DNA from: Phycisphaerae bacterium
Lineage (GTDB): Bacteria > Planctomycetota > Phycisphaerae > UBA1845 > Fen-1342
Reading direction: 5' to 3'
Length of the DNA: 64,000 nt
Assembly: GCA_963675745.2 (NCBI GenBank)
Contig: CAXXWX010000026.1
Coordinates: 768,001 to 832,000 of the forward strand
Shown: one piece after another, positions 44,816 through 55,553 of the stretch
Layout of the letters: each line of letters starts with the position of its first letter
Numbering within the stretch: the first letter of the stretch is position 1
Translations under genes and position numbers: made by a program
Notes under the pieces: model-generated
What the model was told of the DNA's origin: nothing
Databases searched by the model: none
What the model saw: only the letters and a program-made list of their open reading frames with translations

Positions 44816-46951
44816 CTAATTCTCTGATCGTCCGGGTTGTGTTTCCGCGCTGGCGGCGGCGGGCATCGTCGTTGCCGGCGTCAGATCGAACAGCGGCGTG
44901 TCGCTCTGCCGGAGCTCCACCGTCAGGAATCCACGCGGGCCACCCTTGCCGGGCAGATCGTCGCTGTAGACGACGCGCTGCACGAGCTTGCCGATGGCGA
45001 TCCAGCGCCGCAGGATTGCGATTGGATCGACAAACGGCAGCGGGATGCGTTTGATCACGCGGTCGCCGTCGTGTTCGATGATCAGATCGATCCAGCGGGC
45101 ATGGGGACGCATTTTCAACGCGCGTTGCATTTCGCGAATCGGGTGCTCGGTAGCGAAGAACGCCTGGTCGTGCCCGATGATCCGGTCGCCCGGCTCAAGC
45201 AGGCCGCTGGCCGGCACATTGGTGCCCACACTGACGATCCGCAGCCGGTTCTGCTCCGGCTCTTCGGCGACATCGATGCCGAGGCGGAGCTGCGTGCCGC
45301 TGGGTTGATGCGAACGCCACCAGGCTTCGTCAACCACCTTCGGCGCCACGCGCTCCAGATGCCGCAGCCACATGGCCCCCAGATCGGCGGCGGGCCCGGC
45401 CTGGAACACGGCCAGGCTGTCGCTGGCGGCGTTTGGCGGCCGTTTGCTCAGCTTAAACACCTCCGCCAGTTGCGGCGCGTCGCCATGGCGGCTTTCGAGA
45501 ATGCGCGCCAGCCACTCGGCATGCGTCGCCACGATCAGCACGTTGCCGTCCAGCGCCCAACAGATTTGCATTTCGGCAATCGAACCGCCGGTCATCGCCG
45601 CGATCGGCGCGCTGATGTCCCACTGGGCCACATCCACACCCGCGACAGACATCTCTTCGATCGGTGGCACGGTGGGCAAACCGCGCTGAAGCGCCATCAG
45701 CGCGTAGAGTGACGCCGACGTCATGACCAGGTCGGTAACCGCCGAATGGGCGGCGGGGGCGTCGTCGGCGGTAAGTAACAAGGCCACGGCCGGCGCGGGC
45801 GGCGCATCCGCGTTGGACCGCTGATGCACGAAACCCAGGGCCACGCCCGTCGGCGACGCCAGGATCTTCTCGAGCCACACACCCGTCTGTTGGTGCAGCG
45901 TCAGAGCCACTCGCGCCATATGCTGTCGCGGCAGAGCCTCAACAGCCGCACGCAACGCCGCGTAGTCCACGTGCCCCCCCCACGCGGCCAATGTCTGGCG
46001 CGGCAGCGTCTGGATCAAACGCGTCAAATGCGCCGATCGCGGCGCGCCGTGGTTGTCCGCATCGCCGACGGCGCTGAAGTGCAACAATCGCCCCTCGCGA
46101 TGCAGCGCCAGCAAAACGTGTGAGGCGCCGCGCAGCGGGCCGGGCAGATTCGGCAGAACCGGCGATAACCGAGGGACGCTGGCGCGTGTCGTTGGTTGTG
46201 TCGACGATTGAGTCGATGGCGCGCTGGTCGGCGGCAGTAGCACGGGGCGGCGCGCCGCTCCCATGCGCGCGAAAAGCAGCCCGTCAGGATCAGGTGGCAC
46301 GCGCTGCAACAGCTCGCGCAGCGTCACGTCGTCCGCCAGGCTCGCCGGCGGGTCTGGTCCAACCAGCGCCAGCGCGCGCCTGAACATGCCGTCGTGCAAC
46401 CCGGCGTCACCGAATATGAGCGTACCGTCGTGTGACGCCATGCCTACGTTTGTTCCAAGACGATACGCCGGCACCGGCATTTGATCCGAGGTTTCGCCGG
46501 TGATCAGCTTGGCATTCCAGCGCTTCAGGAACTCTGAGCAACTGTCTTCCGTCGCCGGTCGGCACAAAACGACGGCGTCCTGGCTGCGCAGCGGCCCTTC
46601 GCCGACGAAAGCCACACCACCGACGAACAGCGTGCGAATGGCCTCCGCCGGGTCCATGTCGAGAGTGGCCCGGATGTGCTCACGCCACGAGACGGCGTCC
46701 TCCACGCCGGCCGGCTGTCCGGCAACCTCGGCCAGCGCGCTCCAGAGTTGCGGCTCAGTCAGCGCGATCAGCAGGTCTTCACAACGCCGAATCTCGACGA
46801 ACAACCCGGTATCGGCCGGTGCGTAACGCGCCAGCGACGCGTCCGGCGGCGCGTCGGTTGCGGCCGCTCCCGGTAACACACACGCCAGGATCAGCAGGGG
46901 AATAGTCTGCGTGCGGCTTTTGGTCCGCAAGAGAGGGTATCTCGCAGGCAA
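44816..46951 (-). CDS. Exported hypothetical protein with a C-terminal PDZ-like segment
   Basis: Signal-like hydrophobic N-terminus, Pro/Thr linker, LGIDV...RIVSV...PA.G.L.PGD.I; 2 nt downstream of the anti-sigma gene. Confidence 0.6.
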   Translation of the reverse strand: MPARYPLLRTKSRTQTIPLLILACVLPGAAATDAPPDASLARYAPADTGLFVEIRRCEDLLIALTEPQLWSALAEVAGQPAGVEDAVSWREHIRATLDMDPAEAIRTLFVGGVAFVGEGPLRSQDAVVLCRPATEDSCSEFLKRWNAKLITGETSDQMPVPAYRLGTNVGMASHDGTLIFGDAGLHDGMFRRALALVGPDPPASLADDVTLRELLQRVPPDPDGLLFARMGAARRPVLLPPTSAPSTQSSTQPTTRASVPRLSPVLPNLPGPLRGASHVLLALHREGRLLHFSAVGDADNHGAPRSAHLTRLIQTLPRQTLAAWGGHVDYAALRAAVEALPRQHMARVALTLHQQTGVWLEKILASPTGVALGFVHQRSNADAPPAPAVALLLTADDAPAAHSAVTDLVMTSASLYALMALQRGLPTVPPIEEMSVAGVDVAQWDISAPIAAMTGGSIAEMQICWALDGNVLIVATHAEWLARILESRHGDAPQLAEVFKLSKRPPNAASDSLAVFQAGPAADLGAMWLRHLERVAPKVVDEAWWRSHQPSGTQLRLGIDVAEEPEQNRLRIVSVGTNVPASGLLEPGDRIIGHDQAFFATEHPIREMQRALKMRPHARWIDLIIEHDGDRVIKRIPLPFVDPIAILRRWIAIGKLVQRVVYSDDLPGKGGPRGFLTVELRQSDTPLFDLTPATTMPAAASAETQPGRSEN

Positions 46952-46953
46952 GA

Positions 46954-47652
46954 TCAGAGCGAATAAACGTCATCCGTCGAATCGATCGGCGTTTGGTCCG
47001 GTTCGACAACGGCGGGTTGGGGGAACATGGAATTCAGAATACCGGTGGCCGGGGCGAACATCGAGAAATTAACGGTGTTCTCGACATCCTCCGGCAGCAT
47101 GATGTTCAGGTAGCGCACGGTGCCCCAGGTCTCATCAGAAATCGCCCGGCCGCTGGCGCGTGCCCACCTGATCTTGGCCTCCACGTTTTCCGCGATGGCC
47201 TCGAACACCTCGACGTCATCCAGGTTTTTCTCGGCCGCCAGTGTCAGAGGCTGAGCGGGCTGGTTAACCGCGACATCCGGCGCGTCGAGCGCGGCGGGGC
47301 CGACTTCGGTGCTTCCGGGCCGCAGCACGATCGCGAAGAAGAGCACCGCCGCCGCCTGGAGCATCATCGCCGTGGCAAACGCGACGCGAATGGAGAGCGT
47401 CCGCCGGCTCAACGGCTGTCGCCGCTCCACCTTGGCGACGACGCGATCGGTGAAATCCTCGGAGAGTCTGGGGATGTCGCCATCGGAAGCAATCGAGTGC
47501 TCGATGGCCTCCAGCACGGCCAGCCGCTGCTGGCAACGTTGGCACCGCAGCCGATGAGCGTCGACTTCGAGTCGCAGTGCACCGTTTAGCGTCCGATCCA
47601 GATACGCGTCTTGCAGTTGTCTGAATTGCTTGCACGTCATGGTGTCACTCAC
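46954..47652 (-). CDS. Zinc-binding (zf-HC2) transmembrane anti-sigma factor
   Basis: C......AYLD..L.......H...C..C, DF.DRV and one TM; overlaps the ECF sigma stop codon. Confidence 0.85.
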   Translation of the reverse strand: MSDTMTCKQFRQLQDAYLDRTLNGALRLEVDAHRLRCQRCQQRLAVLEAIEHSIASDGDIPRLSEDFTDRVVAKVERRQPLSRRTLSIRVAFATAMMLQAAAVLFFAIVLRPGSTEVGPAALDAPDVAVNQPAQPLTLAAEKNLDDVEVFEAIAENVEAKIRWARASGRAISDETWGTVRYLNIMLPEDVENTVNFSMFAPATGILNSMFPQPAVVEPDQTPIDSTDDVYSL

Positions 47653-48281
47653 GCGTAGTGCGAGTCTGAAAGAAAGCGGATAGCCATCCAGTCATCCACC
47701 AGTTCAGACTGCAACCGCGCTCCCAGCTTCTCGCGGGCTCGATGCAGATGGCTCTTTACCGTAACCGCGGGAATATCGAGAGCTTGACCGATCTCCTGAC
47801 AACTCTGCCCTTCACGATAGAACAACGTAACACACGCCTTTTGCGGCGTCGTCAACTGGTCAACCGCCGACCAGATCACCTCGCGCAGCCGACGAGCTTC
47901 TTCGCTGTTGGCGACGGATTCGGAAACCTCATCGCCGCCGGCGTCGATCCGCGAGTAATCAACATCCGCCGCGATCGGCCGTCGTTTGCGCAGATGGTTG
48001 AGGCACAGCCGGTAGCCGATCGTGAACAGCCACGTGCTGAAGGCATACTTGTTCGAGTAGCTCTCCAGCGATTCAAAAGCCCGCACGAATGCGGATTGGC
48101 ACAAATCCTCGGCCTCGTGGTGGTTTCGGATCATCCGCCAGATGAACGCGAACAGCCGATCCTTGTACAAATCCACGAGCGCACGGAAGGCGTCAGCGCT
48201 GCCGCGCTTTGCGCGTTCTATTAAACGCTGCTCTTCCTCGCGAGGCATTTGGCTCACCCGGTTAATGGGCTCGCGAACCAT
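47649..48281 (-). CDS. ECF RNA polymerase sigma factor
   Basis: AEDL.Q..F, FSTWL..I...C, and region 4 EI...L.IP..TVKS.L.RAR. Confidence 0.92.
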   Translation of the reverse strand: MVREPINRVSQMPREEEQRLIERAKRGSADAFRALVDLYKDRLFAFIWRMIRNHHEAEDLCQSAFVRAFESLESYSNKYAFSTWLFTIGYRLCLNHLRKRRPIAADVDYSRIDAGGDEVSESVANSEEARRLREVIWSAVDQLTTPQKACVTLFYREGQSCQEIGQALDIPAVTVKSHLHRAREKLGARLQSELVDDWMAIRFLSDSHYA

Positions 48282-48358
48282 CGTCCGTCATCATCTTTTA
48301 CCACCCGCGCGGGGTGGAGTTGCAGCAAACCGTTGCCACGTTACAATCTATACGGCTC

Positions 48359-48826
48359 ATGGCGAAAGGTCCACCAGCAACCCCGACGATTCAAAACAAG
48401 AAAGCCCGCTTCAACTTCGAGATTATCGAGAAGCTGGAGGCGGGAATAGCGCTAACTGGTAGTGAAGTCAAGAGTTTGCGCAACGGGAAGGCCTCGCTTG
48501 ACGAAGCGTTCGCCGTCATCCGTGGCAGCGAGGTTTTTCTGCGCGATTGCAACATATCTCCTTATGCACAGGCCGGTTATGCACAGCATGTCCCAACGCG
48601 CGAGCGCAAGCTGCTGCTCCACCGACGAGAGATCGAACGCTGGCAGAAAAAGGTGACCCAGCGCGGACTGACGCTGGTGCCCCTACGCATTTACTTCAGT
48701 GAGCGCGGATTGGCGAAGATCACGATTGCTCTCGGACGTGGGAAGACGCACGCGGACAAACGCTCGGACCTTAAAACGCGCGAACACAGACGTGAAATGG
48801 ACCGCGCCATGCGCCGTGGCCGATAA
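48359..48826 (+). CDS. smpB: SsrA-binding protein
   Basis: NKKARFNF, EAGI.L.GSEVKSLR, RKLLLH..EI, G.TLVP and GK...DKR motifs. Confidence 0.96.
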   Translation: MAKGPPATPTIQNKKARFNFEIIEKLEAGIALTGSEVKSLRNGKASLDEAFAVIRGSEVFLRDCNISPYAQAGYAQHVPTRERKLLLHRREIERWQKKVTQRGLTLVPLRIYFSERGLAKITIALGRGKTHADKRSDLKTREHRREMDRAMRRGR

Positions 48827-49218
48827 CACATTCACCAGAGGCCCAGACAACTCGCGTCGCACGGCTGGACCAATAAACCAGAGCCAAATCGCGCATAGCT
48901 TGCGCGTTTGAGGTAATTCACGCCTAATTTAATTGGGACCACAAATTGCCTATTTTAACATCGCGCGAACCAAAATTGCAAAAGAGACGGAAATGGGGGA
49001 CACAGAGGGCTTCTGACCGCCCATTTTGCGGTTCACAGCACGTTTTTTACCACATCTGGGTGAAACTACTGGGCGATAGATACCCGTAGCAAGACTAACG
49101 TGGTCGCGACAGGCCGCACGTGTGCCGTTTGGCTCTGATCTGTGTGAGAGTCGTGTGCCGACCCCAGTCACGACCACGCAAATGGGTTGGCGGATGTGCT
49201 GTTAGTGAGGTGATGAGT

Positions 49219-49419
49219 ATGTTCCCCACCATGACAATGAGTGCCACGCACGCCAGTGGCGCCCGCGCGGCGCAACAGCGCGCCGACCGGATCGACAGAA
49301 TCAGGCGTGAGATTGCCGCCGGCGTCTATCTGACGCCCGAACGCATCGCGCGAGCCGTTGACGCACTGTTCGACGATCTCACATCAAAGGACAACCGAGC
49401 GCGCAGGCGTGTCGGCTGA
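49219..49419 (+). CDS. Short FlgM-like anti-sigma-28 domain protein
   Basis: R.DRI..IR.EIA.G.Y.T.ERI..AVD.L..DL matches the FlgM C-terminal helices; GAGGTG RBS 6 nt before the ATG. Confidence 0.6.
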   Translation: MFPTMTMSATHASGARAAQQRADRIDRIRREIAAGVYLTPERIARAVDALFDDLTSKDNRARRRVG

Positions 49420-49475
49420 CGGCGGAGACCTGGATCACTCGGCCCGTTGACACTGGGCTGGTCTGAATATCACGT

Positions 49476-49512
49476 GAGGCGGGCACGGCCATCGCACAGC
49501 CGTGCCCGCCTC
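49476..49512. terminator. GC-rich hairpin between convergent genes
   Basis: 14-bp stem GAGGCGGGCACGGC/GCCGTGCCCGCCTC with a weak U-tract. Confidence 0.5.
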
Positions 49513-49537
49513 TGCTCGTATGTACGGCGCAAAGCAC

Positions 49538-52102
49538 TCAGAAGCGGCGCCGGCGTTGTGAGCTCAACCCGGCCAAGCCGATCAGCGTCGCGCTGACCGC
49601 GAATCCCGAGCCAAAGCCGCACGGCGTAACCAGGGGTGGCGCGACCATCGGGTCCGGCATCTCCGGCAAGTTCGGCTCAACCTCATACCACGGTTCCGGT
49701 TCGGGGGCCGGCTGAGGGCCGGGATCCAAAGGCCCGTCTAATACTGGCGTCGGCTCGAGCACCGGCGCCGGCGCCGGCGTCGGCACCGGGTCGGCGATCG
49801 GCTCCGGAGACGGGGCCGGCGTCGACGGCGTCGGCTGCGGGCTCGGGGGAGTCCAGGGATCGGTGACCGGGGCGGGCTCAGGCGTCGGAGCGGGCGCCGG
49901 CGCAGGAGCAGGCTGCGGCTCTGGCTGGGGCTCGGGTGCCGGTTCGGGCTCGGGAGCTGGTTGAGGCGCCGGCTCAGGCTCGGGTTCCGGCTCGGGCTCG
50001 GGATCGGGCTCAGGGGATGGATCGGGCTGGTCTTCGGGCGGCTCCGGGGAAGCCTCGAATGCGATCGTCAGGGTATACGGACTGCCAGCGTCGTCGTGTG
50101 GCAACGCCACGATGTAGCACGTGCCGGCCTCGACGTGCACGCTGACATGCTCATCTGAGGTGTGCTCGGTAGCGGACAATCCGATGCGTATGCGATCCTG
50201 GTCAAGCAGGGCCAGGTTCAAATCGCCGTCCGGGCCGGTGATCGAGACACTGAGCTCGCCGGCCTCGTCGAGTGCCAAGGCAAAGCAGTCGGCGTCCCAA
50301 CCCTTGAGCTCATACTCGCCGAGCTCGATCGGGCTGGCCTCATTGACGGTGTCATTCTCCTCGTAGTCGTCGTCAGCCAGCGGATCGTCGTCCTCCTCGC
50401 CATCCAGCGACAACGTCAACGTGTACGAGCCCGTCTGGGAGTTGTACGGCAAGACGGCGATGTAGGCCCCGGTCGCGGGGATATCGGCCTCGACTGACTC
50501 CTCCGAGCCGACCTCCTCCGAGCGGGCCAGGATAGTCTCCTGGTCTGCGTCGATCAGGTAGAGATCAAGGTCGCCGGCGGGGCCGGATATTTCCACGCTG
50601 GCGTGCACGCCGCCAGTTGCGATCCAGAACACGTCGTTGTCCAGCCCCTGCAACTCGTATGAGCCGGGCGCGAGGATGGCGGCCTGGGCATAGGTGTCGT
50701 TCTCCTCAAAGTCATCGTCGGCCCCGGGGACCTCGGGGTCCGACGCCTCACCGTCTTCGGTAAGCGCCCGCAGTGCGTTAACACGCCCATAGCCGGTCAG
50801 CGTGTCATAGCCGGCGCCGTACAGGTCATCGGCCGTGCCATTGAGCCGCGCACGCACCTGGACGGCGGACATCTCCGGGAAGGCTGACCGTACCAGCGCC
50901 GCGACGCCCGCCGCATACGGACTGGCCATCGAAGTCCCGTCGTAGGTGTCATAGCCGCCCGGCACGGTGCTCACGATTTGCACGCCGGGTGCAACCAGAT
51001 CGATGCCTGACCCGGTGTTGCTGAAGTCCGCCAGCATGTCGTTTTCGTCGCTGGCACCGACGGCCATCACACTGTCGTACGCGGCCGGGTAGTTGAGCTG
51101 GTTCATACCGTCGTTGCCGGTCGCGGCGATGACCAGCACGTCCGCCTCGGCGGCGCGCGTGCAGGCTTCGGCAAGCGCCTGGCTATAGCCCTGAAAGCCC
51201 AAGCTCATGTTGATGATGCGCGCCCCGTTGGCAACCGCATAGTCAACAGCGGATATAGCGGCGGATATCGGTCCATTACCTTCCGCGTCAAGAACCTTCA
51301 ACGGCATGATGCGCACGTCGGCCGTACCGGCGATGCCGCAGCCATTGCCCCGAACGGCGGCGATGATGCCGGCGACATGCGAGCCGTGGCCGCAGTCGTC
51401 GCCCGGGTTGTTGTGGCCTTGAGGGTATTGGGCGGAGGTGATGAAGTTCCATCCAACAAGATCGTCCACGAATCCGTTGTTGTCATTGTCGATGCCGTCC
51501 AGCTCGTCGCCGACGTCCTCAGCGGCGTTGATCCACAGTTGCGGGTAAAGGTCTTCGTGGCCCAGCGCCACGCCGCTATCAATGACAGCCACGATCAGCT
51601 GGCCGTCGCCGGCATGAATCTCCCAGGCCTCGGGCGCGGAAATGATATCCAGGGCGTACTGCTCCCCGGCCCGCGGATCGCCGGTGGTAGCCTGGGCATG
51701 TGCCTCGCCGGCGTCTGTGGCATGGGCGATGAAGTCAGGCTCGACGGCCAGCACGGCGCGCTCACCGGCAAGCGCGGCGATCGCACTAGTAACGCTGACA
51801 CCCTCTTTCAACTCTGCTGAGAACCAGGCCGACCCGACGAATCCTCGCTGCGGCCCGCGCGCCAGCGCCGAAACGGCGCGCATCGTCTGCACGCCGTCCA
51901 AAGCCAATTGGCCGGAGGAAGCGGCGGCCACATTCTGTTCCTGAACTTTGACGAGAACGCGCCCGGGAACGTAGGACCGTCCAGCGGGCCGTTCCTTTGC
52001 GACGGTCACGTTCGAGGCGATGCAGGCGGCGATCAGCATCGCAGCAAGGCGAAACCGGCGGGCATGGTGCAGACGGCCTTCTGAGTGGCGGTACGCGCTC
52101 AT
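49538..52102 (-). CDS. S8 (subtilisin-family) serine protease with two PPC-like domains, a Pro/Glu-rich linker and a C-terminal membrane anchor
   Basis: Catalytic [14 protein letters not shown] and GTSMASP; repeats DDD(F/Y)EENDT...GDL(D/N)L.L; (EP)n/(AP)n stalk; C-terminus PCGFG-hydrophobic-RRRRF; AGGAG RBS. Confidence 0.9.
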   Translation of the reverse strand: MSAYRHSEGRLHHARRFRLAAMLIAACIASNVTVAKERPAGRSYVPGRVLVKVQEQNVAAASSGQLALDGVQTMRAVSALARGPQRGFVGSAWFSAELKEGVSVTSAIAALAGERAVLAVEPDFIAHATDAGEAHAQATTGDPRAGEQYALDIISAPEAWEIHAGDGQLIVAVIDSGVALGHEDLYPQLWINAAEDVGDELDGIDNDNNGFVDDLVGWNFITSAQYPQGHNNPGDDCGHGSHVAGIIAAVRGNGCGIAGTADVRIMPLKVLDAEGNGPISAAISAVDYAVANGARIINMSLGFQGYSQALAEACTRAAEADVLVIAATGNDGMNQLNYPAAYDSVMAVGASDENDMLADFSNTGSGIDLVAPGVQIVSTVPGGYDTYDGTSMASPYAAGVAALVRSAFPEMSAVQVRARLNGTADDLYGAGYDTLTGYGRVNALRALTEDGEASDPEVPGADDDFEENDTYAQAAILAPGSYELQGLDNDVFWIATGGVHASVEISGPAGDLDLYLIDADQETILARSEEVGSEESVEADIPATGAYIAVLPYNSQTGSYTLTLSLDGEEDDDPLADDDYEENDTVNEASPIELGEYELKGWDADCFALALDEAGELSVSITGPDGDLNLALLDQDRIRIGLSATEHTSDEHVSVHVEAGTCYIVALPHDDAGSPYTLTIAFEASPEPPEDQPDPSPEPDPEPEPEPEPEPAPQPAPEPEPAPEPQPEPQPAPAPAPAPTPEPAPVTDPWTPPSPQPTPSTPAPSPEPIADPVPTPAPAPVLEPTPVLDGPLDPGPQPAPEPEPWYEVEPNLPEMPDPMVAPPLVTPCGFGSGFAVSATLIGLAGLSSQRRRRF

Positions 52103-52294
52103 GGGAGAACTCCTGTGCAGTAGTGTTTCGGCTGATTGGCACACCCCGTGTGCGTCGCTGGTGGGAGTACCCCGTTGGCGCGAAAATCTGCCGCGGCAGT
52201 TTTCGTTTTTATCTTGCGGTCGGGACTGGCGCGTGTGCGGCGCTGCCGGGCGTGGCGCGATCAGGTATGATGGGGGTCAGAGGTCACGTGGGGC

Positions 52295-52870
52295 ATGCGC
52301 GAAACCAGGGCCAGCCTGTTGTTGCGAATCCGCAACCGCCGCGATTCGGTGGCCTGGGGCCAGTTCGATGCGATCTACCGGCCGCTGTTGCATCGTTTCG
52401 CGCTGGCGCGTGGATTGGATGACTCAGAGGCCGAGGACGTCGTACAGCATTGCATGATGGCGCTCACGCGTCACATCGACGGCTTTGACTATGACCCGAG
52501 CAAGGGGCGTTTTAAGGGGTGGTTGTGTACGCTGGCGATGAACCGTATCCGCAACCTTCACAGCCGCCGCCGTGAGCAGCCCGCCGCTTCGCAGGATCTG
52601 AAGCGCGACCAGCAACGCGAGGACTCGCCCGAGGAGCAATTCGAGCAGGTTTGGCTGGACGAGCACCTGCGCCACTGTCTGGAGCAGGTCAAGGAAGAGG
52701 TCGAGCCGACGACATACGCGGCGTTTCAACAGCACGTTGTTCAACAGCGCTCGGTTGCCGAGGTCTGTGCCGCGTTTGGATTGAGCACGAACCGCCTGTA
52801 CAAAATCAAGGCGCGCATGTTGGGAAAGCTGCGCGCGCGGATGAACGAATTGCTGGGGGACGACGGGTAG
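52295..52870 (+). CDS. ECF sigma factor, planctomycete type
   Basis: TR.SLL.R.R...D..AW..F...Y.P, AEDVVQ, YDP..GRF.GWL and Y.IK.R motifs. Confidence 0.88.
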   Translation: MRETRASLLLRIRNRRDSVAWGQFDAIYRPLLHRFALARGLDDSEAEDVVQHCMMALTRHIDGFDYDPSKGRFKGWLCTLAMNRIRNLHSRRREQPAASQDLKRDQQREDSPEEQFEQVWLDEHLRHCLEQVKEEVEPTTYAAFQQHVVQQRSVAEVCAAFGLSTNRLYKIKARMLGKLRARMNELLGDDG

Positions 52871-52938
52871 CCAATAGCCGGTCGACAGGCTGGTTCATCA
52901 CGGAAACGGCATGTCCTGTACAACCGCGTAATCTCTTC

Positions 52939-52992
52939 TTGACATCAGTGTGTAGCTGAGGCAGACTATAATGAGTGAAGATTTACTTATTA
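52939..52992 (+). promoter_or_regulatory. tetR promoter with an overlapping inverted-repeat operator
   Basis: TTGACA at 52939 and TATAAT at 52967; operator TAATGAGTGAA-GA-TTTACTTATTA (52969..52992, 9/11 symmetric). Confidence 0.6.
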
Positions 52993-53002
52993 CAGAGGTT
53001 GC

Positions 53003-53617
53003 ATGATGGCCAGGCCGGTTCAGAAGCGGCAAGACATAGAGCGGGGAGTGGTGGAGGCGGTCGCGGTGAAGGGCCTGCGCGGCACGACGATCCAGGATAT
53101 CGCCGACGCCGCCGGCGTCTCGCCGGGGCTGCTTTACCGCTATTGGAAGAACCGCAATGATCTGGCTGGGGAGGTATATCGCGCACATTTATCGGACATC
53201 CTGGCACGCCTGGCCAAGTGCGCCGCGCCGCACGTGCGGACCATGGATCGGCTGCGCGCCGTCGTGCGAGAGTTCTTTCGCTTCGCCGACGAACAGCCCG
53301 TGATTCTGCGTTTCCTGCTCTTCACGCAGCACGAGCTCGGCGGGGCCGTCCCACAGGACGAAGGTGTGCGCGCGTTCATGCGTGAGTTGATCTACGACGG
53401 CGTCCGCGACGGCAGCTTCCGCCAGATTAATCCGGAGCTCGCGCTCCAATTCGCATTCGGCATCGTCCTCCAACCCACCATCGCCGCGATTTACGGCGAC
53501 ATCCCGCAACCGGTGGCGGATCACTACGACGAAATCATGTCGGCGTTGGAACGCGCGCTGCTGCCGGCGGAGGTGAACACGGCGAACGCGCGTGCGCGCG
53601 AAATCACCTCACCATAG
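53003..53617 (+). CDS. TetR/AcrR family transcriptional regulator
   Basis: KG...TTIQDIA.AAGVS.G.LY.YW.N..DL helix-turn-helix. Confidence 0.9.
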   Translation: MMARPVQKRQDIERGVVEAVAVKGLRGTTIQDIADAAGVSPGLLYRYWKNRNDLAGEVYRAHLSDILARLAKCAAPHVRTMDRLRAVVREFFRFADEQPVILRFLLFTQHELGGAVPQDEGVRAFMRELIYDGVRDGSFRQINPELALQFAFGIVLQPTIAAIYGDIPQPVADHYDEIMSALERALLPAEVNTANARAREITSP

Positions 53618-53687
53618 CACGACTCACACGCCGCACCCACGCTGCGTCACATGGACCGCCGCGCCCGGCATATCTACAATGCGCGGC

Positions 53688-55538
53688 ATGATCGGCCCGC
53701 CCGGTAAACCCGTGTCACTGGATTCGCAGACATTGGCGACGGTCAGCCGGTTTTACGAAGCATTCGCACCGGCTGGGCAAGCGCCGGCCCGGTTCGACCG
53801 CACGTTTCGTAACATCGCCAACGCGCTGTGCAGCACGTTTGACACGTCGCACGTGATTTTGTGGGTGCCGGACCCCGAAGCCGAGGGGGACGAGGCCGTC
53901 GGCGCGGGCGATCGCGGTCGGCTGAATCCGGCGTTCACCACGTTTCCCGCGGAGATGTTTGAGGCAATACCCGACAGTGTCCCGATGACATTGTCGCGCG
54001 TCGGGCGGGCGTTCGCCGAGGGGCGGGCACGTTTCTATCCAGAGCTCGACGCCTGGGCCAGCGCGACCGAATACGACCTGCTGCGCGAACACGGGCTGGC
54101 CGGCATGTGGGCAATCCCGCTGCGTCCCATGGTGCAGCGAATCACCACGCGCGAACTCGATCCGCACAACGTGCTGGCGGTTGCGCTGGCGGGCTTCCCG
54201 GCGAAGTCATGGGTCGCCGAGCTGGCGCCCGAGGCGCTGGGGTTTTTCGGCAGCATCTGCGGCCGCGCGATCGAGCGGGCCCTCTGGGCCGAGCAGGATC
54301 TGGTCAGCCAGAAAGCCTACGAAGCGCTCGATGCCGTCGAGACCGACCGTTTCAAGGCGATGGCGACCGTGGCGGCGGTGATCAAGGACTGCATGCAATT
54401 CGAGGCCTGCACGATCCTGCAAGCCGATGGGCCACAACACGTGTTACGGGTGCTCGGCACGACCGGCCTCGATTCGCGCATCCCGCTGCGCAAGATGTAC
54501 TACAACTATGGTGAAGGCTGCACGGGATGGGTGGCGGAAAACCGCAAGACGCTGGCAACCGAGGATCTGCGATCGTGCCCGTTGCACACCAGGCAGAAAT
54601 ACCCCGACGTCGTGGTGTCAGCCGAGCACCAGCAATACCTGGGCACGCCGATGCTGTCGAACGCGGGCGAGTTGCTCGGCGTTATTCGCTTACGCAACAA
54701 GCTGCCGCCCGATGGGCAAGCCTGGCCGCGCTGCCTGAACCACCTTGATCGCATCCGTGTCGAGCGGGTCGCCAAACTGATCGCACCGCTGATGTCGCTG
54801 TTAATAAAGGAGCGGCAGGTCTCGGGCGTGATGGAGCGCATTCAGCACGACCTGACCATGCCGGCGATGGCCATTCGCGACGGGGCCGGCATGCTGCTGC
54901 GCGAGTCGGACGCGACGATTTGTGGCGACCTGGACCGCGTTCGCCAGAAGCTGGAGGACATCGAATCATTCGGCGAGATTCTGCTACTGAATTCGGAGAT
55001 CATGGGCCTGACACCCGAGGTGGAACTGACGCTAAGGCCGGAGAACGTGCTGCCACTGGGCGGGTTCATTGTAAAGCTGTGCAAGATGCTCGGGCCGGCG
55101 GCGCGGCGGCGCGGGCTCAACGGGATTCTGTATAACCAGGGCAGTTTCATGTCCATTCCCGCCCTGTGGATCGATCCGCGCCTGTTTCAGGTGGCCATGT
55201 ACAACCTGCTGCAAAACGCCTTGAAGTACAGCGCGCGTGACAGCTTGATCACGATCGAGGGAGAGACCACGCGTACCGAAGGGGAGGTCTGGCACCTCAT
55301 CCATGTGAAAAACACGGGCATCGGCATAACCGACGAAGAGGCACCGCACATCTTCGAGCGGCATTGGCGCTCGCCACGGGCCCGCCGGCGCAGTAACACC
55401 GGCCTGGGCATCGGGCTGGCCACGGCCAGCGAAATCATCCGACGGCACGGTGGGCGGCTGGTGCTCACGCACGCCCATGACCCCACGGTGTTTACCATCG
55501 AGCTGCCGGCGCAGCTTGCTACCTGTAAGCCGGCGTGA
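53688..55538 (+). CDS. Cytoplasmic GAF-domain sensor histidine kinase
   Basis: GAF (GEG.TGWV.E...LG.P....GELLGVI), H-box QHDL..P, NLLQNALKYS, NTGIGI, IFE and GLGIGL; no TM. Confidence 0.85.
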   Translation: MIGPPGKPVSLDSQTLATVSRFYEAFAPAGQAPARFDRTFRNIANALCSTFDTSHVILWVPDPEAEGDEAVGAGDRGRLNPAFTTFPAEMFEAIPDSVPMTLSRVGRAFAEGRARFYPELDAWASATEYDLLREHGLAGMWAIPLRPMVQRITTRELDPHNVLAVALAGFPAKSWVAELAPEALGFFGSICGRAIERALWAEQDLVSQKAYEALDAVETDRFKAMATVAAVIKDCMQFEACTILQADGPQHVLRVLGTTGLDSRIPLRKMYYNYGEGCTGWVAENRKTLATEDLRSCPLHTRQKYPDVVVSAEHQQYLGTPMLSNAGELLGVIRLRNKLPPDGQAWPRCLNHLDRIRVERVAKLIAPLMSLLIKERQVSGVMERIQHDLTMPAMAIRDGAGMLLRESDATICGDLDRVRQKLEDIESFGEILLLNSEIMGLTPEVELTLRPENVLPLGGFIVKLCKMLGPAARRRGLNGILYNQGSFMSIPALWIDPRLFQVAMYNLLQNALKYSARDSLITIEGETTRTEGEVWHLIHVKNTGIGITDEEAPHIFERHWRSPRARRRSNTGLGIGLATASEIIRRHGGRLVLTHAHDPTVFTIELPAQLATCKPA

Positions 55539-55553
55539 TAACTTAGCGGAGTT

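Noticed and set aside
48827..49218. tmRNA (ssrA) next to smpB, or a riboswitch
   Set aside because: No tRNA-like ends, tag reading frame or recognisable aptamer motif seen.
49690..50040. GC-rich repeats as a mobile or regulatory element
   Set aside because: They encode the (EP)n/(AP)n linker of the S8 protease.
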